From the human T2T-CHM13v2.0 reference genome, Homo sapiens, in the NCBI RefSeq assembly GCF_009914755.1, contig NC_060928.1: a stretch of DNA of 64,000 nucleotides; one strand, written 5' to 3'. How positions within the stretch are numbered: the stretch's first letter is position 1; every line of letters begins with the position of its first letter. Both the position numbers and the translations under genes were made by a program. A model generated the notes under the pieces. That model ran no database searches and was not told the origin of the DNA. It saw only the letters and a list, made by a program, of their open reading frames with translations. Below, one piece after another: positions 14,127-27,194 of the stretch.

Positions 14127-17100
14127 GTGACAGGTTCAAATCCACACACATCAATACTATTCTTGAAAGTAAATGTGCTAAATGCCCCATTTAAAAGGCA
14201 TTTAGTACAATACTAATCTGTGGCAAGCTGGATAAAAACAGCAAGACCCAATGGTATGCTATCTTCGAGAGTCCCATTTCACACACAATGACATCCATAG
14301 GCTCAAAATAAAGGGATGGAGGAAAATCTACCAAGAAAATAGAAATCAGAAAAAAGCAGGGGTTCCAATCCTAACTTCAGACAAAACAGACTTTAAACCA
14401 ACAAAGATCAAAAAAGACAAAGAAGGGCATTACATAATGGTAAGGAGTTAAATTCAGTAAGAAGACTTAACTATCCTAAATATAGATACACCCAACACAA
14501 GAGCACTCAGATTCATAAAGTACGTTCTTAGAGACCTACCAACAGACTTCAACTCTCACACAATAATAGTGAGAGACTTCAATGCCCCACTGACTATATT
14601 AGTCAGAACACTGAGGCAGAAAATTAACAAAGATATTCAGGACCTGAACTCAACATTGAACCAAATGGGTCTGATAGATGTATACAGAACTATCCTCCCC
14701 CAAACAACACAATATGCATTATTCTTCCCATCACCATGTGGTACATATTCTAAAATCACCACACAATTAGATATAAAACAATTATCAGCAGATGCAAAAG
14801 AACAGAAGTCATACCAAACACATTCTCGCACCACAGCACAATAAAAACAGAAATCAAGACCGAAAAAAAATCACTCAACACAATGCAACTATGTGGAAAT
14901 TAAACAACCTGCTCCTGAATGACTTTCGGGTAGATAATGAAATTAAGGCAGAAATCAAGAAGTTCTTTGAAACTAATCAGAACAAAGAGACAACATACCA
15001 GGATCTCGGGGACACAGCTAAGGCACTGTTTAGAAGGAAACTTATAGAACTACATGCCCACATCAAAAAGTTAGAAAGATTTCAAATTAACAACTTAATA
15101 TCAAAACTAGAAGAACTGGAGAAGCAAGAACAATCCAATCCCAAAGCTGGCAGAGGCAAAAATTAACTAAAATCAGCACTGAACTGAAGGAAATCAAGAC
15201 ACCAAAAAACATTCAAAAGATCAATGAATCCAGGAATTGGCATTTTGAAAAAATTATTAAGATAGATTGCTAGCTAGAGTGATACGGAAGAGAAGAGAGA
15301 AGATCCAAATAAACACAATCAGTAATGACAAAGGGGATATTACCACTGAACCCACAGAAATACAAATAACTATCAGAGACTACTATGCACACCAACAAGA
15401 AAACCTAGAATAGATGGATAAATTCCTGGACACATATACCCTTCCAATACTCAGTCAAGAAGAATTTGATTCCCTGAACAGACCAATAATGAGATTTGAA
15501 ATTGAATCACTAATAAATAGCCTACCAACCAAAAGAAGCCAAGAACCAGACAGATTCACAGTCAAATTCTACCAGATATACAAAGAAGAGCCTACTACAA
15601 AGTACCATTCCTTTTGAAACTATTCCCAAAAATTGAGGAGGAGGGACTTCTCCCCAACTTATTCTATGAGACTAGCCTCATCCTGATACCAAAACCTGGC
15701 AGAGACACAACAAAGAAAATTTCAGGCCTTTATGAACATTAATGTAAAAATCTTCAACAAAATACTGGCAAACCAAATTCAGCAGCAAATCAGAAAACTT
15801 ATCCACCACGATCAAGTAGGCTTTATTTCTGGGTTATAAGGTTGGTTCAAAATAAGCAAATCAATAAATGTGATTCATCACATAAACAGAACTAAAGACA
15901 AAAACCACACAATCATCCCCATAGATGCAGAAACGACTTTCAATAAAATTCCACACCTCTTTATGTTAAAAAAAAAAAAAACTCAATAAACTAGGCATTG
16001 AAGGGACGTGCCTTGAAATAATAAGAGCTATTTAAGACAAACCCACAGTCGGCATCAACTGAATGGGCAAAAGCTGGAAGCATTTCCTTTAAAAACTGGC
16101 ACAAGAAAAGGATGCCCTCTCTCATCGCTCCTATTCAATATAGTTGTGGAAGTTCTGGCTGGAGTAATCAGGCAAACAGAAGAAATAAAGGGCATCCAAA
16201 TAGAGAGAGAAGTCAAACTATCCCTGTTTGCAGATGACATGATTCTATATCTAGAAAACCCCATAGTCGTGGCTCAAAAGCTCCTTAAACTGATAAACAA
16301 CTTTAGCAAAGTTATAGGATACAAAATCACCATAGAAAAATCAGCATTCTTATACCCCAACAACAGCCAAGCTGAGAGCCAAATCAGGAACACAATCCCA
16401 TTCACAGCTACCACACACACACACAAAAAAAATATCTAGGAATACAACGAATCGGGTGAAAGATCTCTACAATGAGAATTAAAATACACTGCTTAAAGAA
16501 GTCAGAGATGACACAAACAAATGGAAAAATATTCCATGTACATGATAGGAAGAATCAATATCTTTAAAATGGCCATAGTGCCCAATGTAATTTAGAGATT
16601 CACTGCTATTCCTATCAAACTACCAATGACATTCTTCACAAAATTAGAAAAAAAAATCTATTTTAAAATTTATATGGAACCAAAAAAGAGCCCAAATAGC
16701 CAAGGCAATCCTGAGCAAAATGAACAAAGCTGGAGGCATTATGTTACCTGACTTCAAACTATTCTACAGGGCTACAGTAACCAAAACAGCATGGTACTGG
16801 TACAAAAACATACACATAGACCAGTGGAACAGAACAGAGAGCCCAGAAATAATGCCACACACCTACAACCATCTGACCTTTGACAAAGCTGAAAAAAACA
16901 AGCAATGGGGAAAGGACTCCTATTTAATTAATGGTGCTGGGATAACTGGCTAGCCATATGCAGAAGATTGAAACTGGATCCCTTGCTTACACCATATATA
17001 AAAATCAACTCAAGATGGATTAAAGACTTAAATGTAAAAACCAAAATTATAAAAACCCTGGAAGACAACCTAGGTAATACCATTCTGAAGATAGGAACTG

Positions 17101-17939
17101 GCAAATATTTCATTATGAAAATGCCCAAAGTAATTGCATCAAAAGCAAAAATTGACAAATGGTGTCTAATTAAACTAAAGAGCTTCTACAGAGCAAAATA
17201 AACTATCAACAGAGTAAACGACAACCTACAGAATGGGAGAAAAATTTTGCAAATTATGTAGACAAAAGTCTAATATCTAGCCTCTATAAAGAACTTAAAC
17301 AAATTTATAAGAAAAAAACCCATTAAAAAGTGGATAAAGGGCATGAATGGACACTCTTAAAAAGAAGATGTACATGTAGCCAACAAGGATATGGAAAAAA
17401 ACTCCATATCACAGATCAATAGAGAAATGCAAATCAAAACCAACATGAGATACCATCTCAAACCAGAGTGGCTATTACTAAAAAGTCAAAAAATAACAGA
17501 TGCTTGTAAGGTTGTGAAGAAGAGGAACACTTACATATGGTTGGTGGAAGTGTAAGTTAGTTCAACCACTGTGGAAAGCAGTGAGGCAGTTCCTCAAAGA
17601 GCTAAAAACAGAACTATCATTCAACCCAGCAATCCCATTACTTGGTGTATACCCAAAGTGATATAAATTATTCTACCATAAATACACATGCTTGTGTATG
17701 TTCATTGTAGCACTATTCACAATATCAAAGTCATAGAATCAACTTAAATGCCCATTGATGGTAGACTGGATAAAGAAAATGTGGTACATAAACACCATGG
17801 AATACTATGCAGCCATTAAAAGAATAAGTTAATGTCCTTTGCTGGAACATGGATGGAGCTGGAGGCCATTATCCTAAACAAACTAATGCAAGAACAGAAA
17901 AACAAATACCGTGTGTTCTCACTTCTAAGTGGGAGCCAA
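14127..17939 (+). pseudogene. Disrupted L1 ORF2p (APE endonuclease and reverse transcriptase)
   Basis: Endonuclease pieces (RLKIKGWRKIYQ, KDKEGHYIMV, DFNAPL), RT motif [10 protein letters not shown] in 16146..16439, and KTAWYWYKN. Many stops and frameshifts. Confidence 0.9.
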
Positions 17940-18744
17940 ATGATGAGAACACATGAACACAGAGAGGAACAACAGATACTGGGGCCTACTTGAAGATGGA
18001 GGGTGGGAGGAGGGAGAGGAAGAGAAAAAAACAACTGTTAGGTACTAGGATTAGTACGTGGGTGACTAAATAATCTGTACAACAACCCCCATGAGTTTAC
18101 CTGTGTAACAAACCTATACATGTATTCCTGAACCTAAAATAAAAGTTAAAAAAAGAAAAAAAAATCTACACTAGAACTTCAATTCTGAGCACTTGAGATC
18201 CTTAAAAACAAAAAGGAAATAAACAAGCAAGTGTGTTTTTTGGAAATGTCAGCAGGTTTAGTGGTAGTACAATTTAATCAAGATAGTGAGAAGGAGAGAC
18301 TTGAGATTGTTTCTAATTCACAAGGAAGGAACAAGGAGAAAAGGAGAGTTGAAGTACAAAGAAAACAGGGTGCTTATTTTGGAACAGTATTCTGAAGGAA
18401 GGTAGAAGGAAATGGGATTTGGAGATTCAGGTTAAATGAATATCTTTGGTAAGTAGAAAGATCCCATTTTCTTCAGCAGGAGCGAAGGAATAGAGAAGGA
18501 ATGAACAGACAGAGATATTTTAAGGCAAATGTGGGGTGGTGAGAGCAGCTTTCTTTCTCTTCTTTTTTTTTTTTAGTGTATTTCTCAATTTAGCACAGAA
18601 ATGTATAGTCTTGTCTTATTTTCAAAATCATCACATGTGTATTATTCTTGGATCCTTAACTATATTGAGAGCACCTTACATTTCCTCAGAGATTATGAGA
18701 AAAATGAATTTTAGATCAAGAAGGGTCTTAAGAAGCATGTAATT

Positions 18745-18950
18745 AGCATTGATTATACCTGTATTATGTGATAAGCACTGTTTAAAGGGTGTACAGGCAT
18801 TTCTCTAGACAAATCCTTCTTTTCCTTTTTTTTTCCCCCAACGGATGATTAAATGAAGATCCAAAGAGGCTACCTGGAGGAAGTCACACACAGTAGCTAA
18901 TGACAGTGTTGGGGATAAGAATCCAGATGTCTTCATTTCCAGGTCTTGGC
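18745..18950 (-). mobile_element. MIR fragment
   Basis: ataagcactgttt...acggatgattaaatgaagatccaaagagg...aagtcacacacagtag resembles the antisense MIR core. Confidence 0.5.
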
Positions 18951-19554
18951 CTGTTTTCCTCTACCTAAATCCTGCTGCGGATCAGCAGCTTCCAGTGCTG
19001 GATGATAAGTAAGCTGAAAGCATGTTCCCTGAGTGAGGATTAACAATAGGCATGTGGCCTCATTTTAAAAATCTTCAACTCACAGGCCTTGTCACAGGTT
19101 TGTACCCCAGGCTCTTCTTTTTTCTTTTTGAAAGCTTCAGTCATACAGAGAAGGATAATAAAGCCAATACTCCTCTTGCCGAGGTTTTATGAGTTTCTGT
19201 GCTGAAGACAGCATGCCAGAAGCTATTTTGGGCTATACAGTTTAAAATAATGAGAAAACCAACACCAGCAGCTGGGTGAACTGAGCACAATGCAAACAAG
19301 TAGCACTGAGCACACACGCACAGTGGGGACCCGCTCCACGGGTTTATAGCTTTTGGGAGCTGCTGCTGCAGTTCTTTTTTCCTGAGAGAACACTGACTAC
19401 ATTGGCGCTTTGCTAGTCTGGAGGTATCCAGTCCCAGCTTTAATGAAAGGCCTCACTGCCAGTAGTTCAGCCAAGAAGGGAACTCCCACTCCTGGGCATC
19501 ATTTTGCACTGAATGGGTATTAAGCAGTTAATTATGAAACCCTGCTTCTATATG

Positions 19555-19568
19555 GTTGCTATGGAAAT
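19555..19568. promoter_or_regulatory. Candidate RFX X-box
   Basis: GTTGCTATGGAAAT is close to the palindromic X-box GTTRCCATGGYAAC and lies in non-repeat DNA. Motif match only. Confidence 0.3.
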
Positions 19569-19622
19569 CCGTGGGAAGGAAACATTAAATACTGTAGGAA
19601 ATAATTCGAGAATAATGAGCTG

Positions 19623-19690
19623 AGAGGGACAGACCATCACCATCTCAATTATTTCCAGAGGGACAGACCATCACCATCTCAATTATTTCC
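19623..19690. repeat. Perfect 2 x 34-bp tandem duplication
   Basis: agagggacagaccatcaccatctcaattatttcc at 19623-19656 and 19657-19690. Confidence 0.98.
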
Positions 19691-21239
19691 ATCATCACAT
19701 TGTCAGGTGGAAAAAGTAAAAATCTATGGAAATTCTATGCACATTAATTTTCCTTTGTTGGAATTTGAATATTTCTAAAAAGCATAATTCATTCATATGA
19801 GGCTTCCACATTTTTTAAAAGAGTATTGGATAAAAATAGCAATAGCAAGGTAGCTAACACTCCAGATTAACTAATTATACTCCCCCCAAAGCAATGAATG
19901 TAAATATTTGGTTTACATCTTTAACAATTCAAGAATATACACACTCATAGTTTTCTACTTACATTTTTATTTTTTTCAGAAAATCCTCATTAAAATCCTC
20001 ATAAATTCCAAAACGTTCATGCGTCAAAGAAGCCGTAATCCTTCAAAATGAAGAAAAGGATTAAGAGAAATAAGTCATTCTGTGACAAAAATAAGCTCTT
20101 AAGCTCACGTGTCAGTTTTAACAAAGTTTCATAGCTTGTTGCATTAGCTTCTGTCTTTGGTTATATCATGTCAAGTCAGGGCATGCCATTTGACCCATTA
20201 CTTGAAAAGAAATACTTATAAATTTTCTTTGGTCATCAAAGCTGGCAGAAGTGGAATTTAGAATGATGATATTTCCATCGTTCCTGAGCTCAATTGAGCA
20301 CAATATGGGTCTTGAGTAATAGAGAACAACGGGGCTATAGTCGAAACGCACAGTTAAGCAAGAGTTTTCTGTGAGGTGGTTATGATGCGTGAGTACCAGA
20401 GTATTAATTGTCAAATAAAATTTTCAGTAATTCAAAACATTGCTGTCATACAGATATAAAATGAAGATGTGTCAAATAAAATAGAACTCATGAACAAATA
20501 AACAGTAAGATGCTAACGCTGGTTAAAAAACCATTGAGTATAGGCATTTGAGAAAAACAAGCATTAGACTATGATCTCTAGGTTAGATTTTTTTTTAAAA
20601 CTTTAGTGTTCTACAGGGTAATAATGAAACCATTACTTTTAAGGTCTTTTTCCAATGAACAGAAATACACAAATTAACATACAACTTCACAGTGTCTAGG
20701 CCTGAATTAAAAAAAACATATGAATGACATTCACAGGTAAATTACTCTAAATAGTCCTGAGATTTGGAAATGATACACTGTGCTCTTTTTATTTAGAAGT
20801 TTTGGATATGTTTTCTTAACAGTTCCTCTATTTTGATAATAAACAACCTCTAAAAATTTTTCTTGATTTCAAAAGAGTCTGGCTCCATTATGTTTGGCCT
20901 GACATTTTACACATGTGCAGAAAACATGGTGAATTAATTATACAAGACTCCCTGAGTTTGGAGCACAGAACAAATACTGAAGCTAAAAAATTAACATTTG
21001 TGTGGAAATTTCATTTTGGAAATTAAGATTGGGTCTTTTAAATGCCTCTATTATTTGTTCTTCTATCTCAAACCTGAGTGACACACTGTAGAAAGATATT
21101 ATTGCTAATAAAAAGAATGAAGAATTATCTTTCAATTGGATTAAGCCCTAGTGTTACATTTTCACAATCCTAAAGTTTGTAGAAATAATGATGTATTCTG
21201 ATCAATAAACCAGTGTCAGAAATTCAAGCAGCTCAGTTT

Positions 21240-21815
21240 AAACAGAATTACCATTTGTCCTAAGAATCTAATTATTGGGTATGTAACCAAAGGAATATAA
21301 ATCATTCTACCATAAAGACACATGCACCCATGTGTTCATCACAGCACTATTCGCAATAGCAAAGACATGGAATCAACCTAAATGTCCATCAATGGTAGAG
21401 TGGATAAATAAAACGCAGGACATACACAGCGTGGAATACTACACAGACATAAAAAAGAATGAGGTCATGTCCTTTGGAGCAACATGGATGGAGCTAGAGG
21501 CCATTATCCTAAGCAAACTAACACAGAAACAGAAAACCAAATATCACATGTTCTCACTTATATGTGGGAGCTAAACAATAAGAACACATGGACACAAAGA
21601 GGGGAACAACAAACACTGAGGATTACTTGAAAGTGGAGGGTGGGAGAAGCGGGAGGATCTCCCTTAGTACCCATAGTACCTATTGGGTACTATGCTTATT
21701 ACCTGAGTAAGGAAATAATCAGTACACCAGACCCCCTAGACATACAGTTTACCTGTATAGCAAACCTACGATTTTACCCCTGAACATAAATAAAAGTTAA
21801 AAACAAAAAAAAAAA
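21240..21815 (+). mobile_element. 5'-truncated L1PA16-like 3' end
   Basis: ORF 21332..21574 matches the ORF2 C-terminus (MFITALFAIAKTWNQPKCPS...WMELEAIILSKLTQKQKTKYHMFSLICGS); 3'UTR and A tail follow. Confidence 0.9.
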
Positions 21816-23385
21816 TCTTCCTATCTAAAAATTAAAAAGAAACTTAAGCAGTCTGATTAATTGGCCTCTTCAAAAAATAAAAAACACAAACCCTATTAAA
21901 AAATAAAAGGTATGCCTGTTTTATAGCACAAACTAATACTAATAAAGTCACGAAAATTATATACAGCTCTTTATTCACTTTTTAAATCAAAATTATTATG
22001 CCAGTCTATTTTGTTCAAAGATTCACCTTAAGTTTATGAATTTGAATTTTTAAGTGAAAATGTTTCTAGATAGTGGTTTCATGAGGATTGTTTTTTCTCA
22101 AATGGCTAGCAGATTTAAAGTATTAAAAGTTTGGTTTCATTATTTTCTGAGAATGTTAGATGTATAATATATGTGATTAATTTGAGAGTTTTTATTATCT
22201 AGTGTAATAATATCCCCCAGAGGAAAGAAAATATTTTAAATTCACACAAAGAGAGGAAAAGGCTTTTCTCAGTTGCAGACACATCACTTTCTGCTTCAAT
22301 TCAGCAGGCTCAGCTCCTGGTGAAGGATAAAAATGAAGCACAAATCCACGTTTCAAAAGTCTATTCTACTTTTGATTGTTCAAAAGAAAATTTTGCAGTT
22401 GATTTGAACTCACACATAGCAAAATGAACAAACAAAAGAAGGCTAACAAACCAGATTTTATGTTGTCTCTGACCTGATAGGATAGATTTCTAGCATCCTG
22501 GTGGACATTCTTAATTACAGACATATAAACCCACTCACATATACACACAGGGTGTTCCCTGAACTATGCAATGGTGGCTAATGCTCTACCAGTTTTTGCT
22601 TCTGGCTGGGGAGAGAGAACTCAAACCATTAGTTAAATAATGCACAGACAGAGCAACAGCCGTGGCTAAGAAATATAAACAAAGACAGAAAATTAAGAGG
22701 CAAAAAGATAAAGTTCTAGTACCACTTGAGATCCTGAGAATCATGAAAACATAGGTTTCAGCTGGAAAAATGACGAATTGCATTTTTCTGACAATGCAGA
22801 TGATTATCTATGGCAGATGCATCCACTTGGGCATCTTGTAAATAACCTCTAAAAATGTCCACGTTTAATTTTAGAACATAAAAATATGATTCTCATGTAA
22901 ATATTGAGTACATATATATCAGGGATTTTATGCAACTGATTAATTAATGCAGATGTCAGGAAAAAAGGAGTTTTTAAAGTTTAAACAATCATTTTGGGGA
23001 GCTGGCTATTTCTAGGCAGCAATGCTCTTGTGTGGTAGTCTTTTGATTTTAAAGTTTTGGGTATTTCCTAGGGTATTTAAAAGAAACTCAGTTTATATAT
23101 TTTGAGATAGTATTTGGAGAGCTATATTATGGTTTAAAATAAAAATAACATGCTTGAAAATAAATATAGTTTATATTTAGTTAATAAACATAAGAGTTAA
23201 ATAAAATGTATTTTAAAGATGCATTTAAAAAACTGACTATAATATGGCCTTCAAGTAAATTCATAAAGAAAAAAACTAAAAAAAATCCCCTGACTAGAAG
23301 CAACTCAAACTTAAGCATAATGTTCTTAGAGTAATGTGGACTGCTTGCTGATACTAGCTTTAAAAACCTATACCATTCCTATTTT

Positions 23386-23724
<339 letters not shown>

Positions 23725-24007
23725 TGAATTCTTTAGCCTTAACTAAAAACAGAATATACATTTCTATTAACCAAAAAAGACAAATTATGTTTTCTATTTT
23801 TTTGTCTGATAGATTTAGTTTTTTCAAATACTCAATTCACATGAGTTATACACAATTTATTTTGGTGGCATAAATATTTGCACACCTTATGTACTGCCAT
23901 TTTAAATTATACGAGTAATACTGTGATTAGTATAATATTAATTCATTTTAAATATTATCATAATATTGATGACTTTTTGCCATTACATATTGATTGTATG
24001 ATCAACA

Positions 24008-24070
24008 GAGTCTGCACTTTAACAAGATTCTTGGATGACTTATATGCACATTAAATTCTGAAAAACACTC
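24008..24070. mobile_element. MER5-type (hAT-Charlie) terminal fragment
   Basis: tctgcactttaacaagattcttggatgacttatatgcacattaaattctgaaaaacact. Confidence 0.5.
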
Positions 24071-24082
24071 ATGTAAGAAAAA

Positions 24083-24280
24083 TAAGAATTCAGATTCTAA
24101 TATTGTCCTTGCAATTCAGTAGCTTTGTAATCTTACAACCTGACATAAACTCTTTTTTCATCTATTAAACGGGACAGTAAAGCCTGCCTTTTAAGGCCGT
24201 TGTAAGTACTAAATAATTCTGTTACCTATAAATTTCTTGGTAAATTCAAGTCTCTATAAATGTTAGCCATCACAATAATA
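24083..24280 (+). mobile_element. MIR
   Basis: cagattctaatattgtcctt...tttcatctattaaacggga...gttgtaag...ataaatgttagc. Confidence 0.55.
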
Positions 24281-24443
24281 TCATTTTAAAAAGTCAGACT
24301 AAAGTTTCCATTGAAAAATCTTAGATCTAAAGCAAGTAATTATAATATTCAGTCTTCTAATCTCTACTACATAAAACAGTTGAGTGGGCACATATATTTT
24401 ATTTAGGGCAAATTTTCCATTTCTCAATTAATTGTCCCTAGAT

Positions 24444-24627
24444 TAGTGCTTCCAAGTAGTAGTTCCTGATTCAGTAACATTTCAATCCCTGGGAATTTGT
24501 TAGAAATGCAAATTATCCAGTCCAGCCCTTACCTAATAATAAGAAACTGTAGGAAGAGGGCCCAGCAATCCGTGTTTAACAAGTTTCCTAGGTGATTCTG
24601 ATACATACTAAAGTTTGAGAACTAGTG
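24444..24627. mobile_element. MER5A (hAT-Charlie MITE)
   Basis: ttgttagaaatgcaaatt...ggcccagcaatccgtgtttaacaag...ggtgattctgat...aagtttgagaac. 8-bp hAT-type TSD ccctagat/ctctagat. Confidence 0.85.
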
Positions 24628-25323
24628 CTCTAGATCAACCTCCAGGAATATTTAACCCAATTAATTTTCTGAGATCATCTAGCGAACACTTTTGGAGCAG
24701 ACATCCAATCCACGATTACCATGCATCTAAACGTTGCTTAATGCATCTCATTGGCATCAACTTCCATCCCTGGACCTGAGTGCACACCATTTCTCTATAA
24801 TGGCTAGACTTCCTAATTCTAAACATTTGGCATTTTCAATGAAATGGATTACAGTGATAATTTTTCTAAGAGAAGAATTTTGTTTTTACCTTGCTGGCAA
24901 CCTCAATAAAGCTGCTTCCATACTTCTTCCTGGAGGGCTTTTGGCTGCTGTGATCCTGTAGCCAGCTATAGGCACATAGTGTCCGGAACACCTAGAGGTA
25001 TTTTTGCAGCTACAGAATCTTCTCTCTGTTAACTTTCCTGTCCTTGTTCTGTTTACGGCAACGTTCATCCTGACCTTCACAGTGCATCATGTTGCCAGGG
25101 GGACTTAGCAACAAAAGCAGCAGAGGAAGTGAAGGGATATATTTAAAAAATGTAGATCTAAACCTAATCTTTGTTTTCTTTTTGGTTAAAATGAATCCAT
25201 AGATGTTAGTTATTGAAACTGCATGCTTTGTTAATCATAAGTCTGTCTAAAGTCCCTTGACTTAAAAATAAGAAATTATAGGTACTGAACCATATACCCT
25301 GTGATAAACGTGGTGAGATTGAC

Positions 25324-25687
25324 TGTCTTGGTCCATTGAGGCTATGATAACAAAATACCACAAACTGCATAGCTTATAAATAACCAATAATTTATTTCTC
25401 ATGATGCTAGAAGCTAGAAAGTCCAAGATAAAGGACTGAGAGGTTGGATATCTGGTGAGGGTTTGTTTTATGATTCATAGAGGCTTTCTTCGTAATGTGT
25501 CTTCACAAGTGGCAAGAGGCAAGGTAGTTCTCTGGGGTCACTTTTATAAGGGCACAAATTCTGTTCATGAGGGCTCTGCCCTCATGACTAATCACCTCCC
25601 AAAAGCTCCACCTTCTATTACCTTCACATTAGTGATTACCTTTCAACATATGAATTTTAGGAGGATATAAGCACTCATATTATAGCA
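25324..25687 (-). mobile_element. MLT1A/MLT1A0 solo LTR (MaLR)
   Basis: tgtcttggtccatt...ataacaaaataccacaaact...catgagggctctgccctcatgactaatcacctcccaaa...tatagca. 5-bp TSD ttgac/ctgac. Confidence 0.85.
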
Positions 25688-25934
25688 CTGACTACGGAAA
25701 TAAATTGCAGATTTAATGAGAATCTTCAGATGATAAACGAGATTGCATATTTGGACTCTATAAGTGTCAAGTAAGATATAGATTATCAGGGAATAGAAAG
25801 ACTTGAATGATTATATGGTTAGTTATCCAGCTAGTTAATGAATTCATTCCCTTTGCAGAAGTGATTAAGGGAACAGTATTCATGAATTGGATTTTTTTCA
25901 CTGAGAGATAATCCATTAGCTAAATAAAGAAACA

Positions 25935-26780
25935 TCTATACCCTTAATAAGGACTTCAAAGACTTTCATAGTCTAGACTCAGGCTGCCTTGCTGACTTCC
26001 TTTCCTACTGTGCTTCGCCTCACTCATTTTGCTGGTTTTTGAACATATTAAGCACACTCCTCAAGGCCTCTAGTTTGGAATGCTTTTTCCCCACTGTCTT
26101 ATTCTATGTTATGTTGCTATGACAGAATACCATGGACTGGGTAATGTATAATGATCAGAAATTTATTTGGCTCACAGTTCTAGAGGCTGGGAAGTTTCAG
26201 AGCTTGGCTCTGGCATCCTGTAAGGGTCTTTGTACAGTGTAATCCCATGGGGGAAGGAGGAAGAACAAGGGAGGGCAAGAGTGCTCAAAAGCAAACCCGC
26301 TCCTGAAAGCTCTTTCCTAAAGGCATAGAGCCCTCTTTAAAGGCCTCACTTCTTAATCCTGTTATGTTGGCAATTAAATATGAACACGAAGTTTGCAGGG
26401 GACATTCAAACCATAGAATCCGCTTTGTACATGACTTATGCTCATACTATTCAGTTTTCTGTTCATATTATCTTGTGTTTTGTTTTCATTTCTTTTTCTT
26501 ATTTTTCCCTTTGGCTCATAGGAGAATGTTTGGATTCCTGTCCCTACCTAATAGCACCCCTGGAATTATCTATTCCTCTTCTTTATTCATATTTATAGCA
26601 CTAACACTATACAACACATTTTATTTCATTTGTGTCTTTCCTCTTCACTATGGTATATGCTTTAAGAGGGGCAGAAATTTGTTTTTTCTTCTTCATGGCT
26701 ATAACATCAATATATAGAACAGAGCCTGATGCGTAGGTAGTTGGGTAACATTTGTTAAATAAATGAATGAATAAATAACT
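25935..26780 (+). mobile_element. L2a 3' end, interrupted by an MST LTR
   Basis: tggaatgcttttt before the LTR; terminal agaacagagcctgatgcgtaggtag...atttgttaaataaatgaatgaat. Confidence 0.7.
26095..26417 (-). mobile_element. MST-type (MSTC-like) MaLR solo LTR
   Basis: tgtcttattct...acagaataccatggactgggtaat...ggctcacagttctagaggctgggaag...gacattcaaaccatag. Confidence 0.8.
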
Positions 26781-27194
26781 TAGTGTTTTTTCAGTTTTGC
26801 TTGTGATAAACAGGCTACTTACTGTCTTGTCAGGCAACCAAGTGCAATCTTCAACAATGCACTTTGTCCAAATCTTCTTCAAAAATTAAGTCAAAAATTT
26901 CTCTATGGGTAACTTTTCCCATTTGTACTATTTGATAAAGATAGTGCTTAACATCGACTGAGCTCATACTATGTTCTAAACTGTGAACAGTGTGCATCAC
27001 ACTTTTCAGTGTGAAAGAATAATCAGTGAAAAAATCCAATTAATGAATACTGTTCTCTTAATCAGTGTAATGAAGGGAATAAATTCACAATTTAATAATC
27101 AAACTCTATGAAATGCACCAAGTTTTTATGGAGCCCTAACAGAGAAAGAGCTCAGTAAATGTTAGCCATGCAGGAGGAATAAAAAAAAAAAATC

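Larger units (their letters stand above)
11371..18159 (+). mobile_element. Full-length LINE-1, L1PA15/16-like (~6.8 kb), inactive
   Basis: 5' start gatggccaactagaagcag; GC-richer 5'UTR; ORF1 and ORF2 remnants; 3'UTR ending cctgaacctaaaataaaagttaaaaaa; degenerate 17-bp TSD at 11354-11370 and 18160-18176. Confidence 0.92.

Noticed and set aside
11371-18159. Active, retrotransposition-competent L1
   Set aside because: ORF1 and ORF2 are broken by many stops and frameshifts, and the 5'UTR is CpG-depleted.
19623-19690. CRISPR-like direct repeat (34 bp)
   Set aside because: Only two abutting copies with no spacer.
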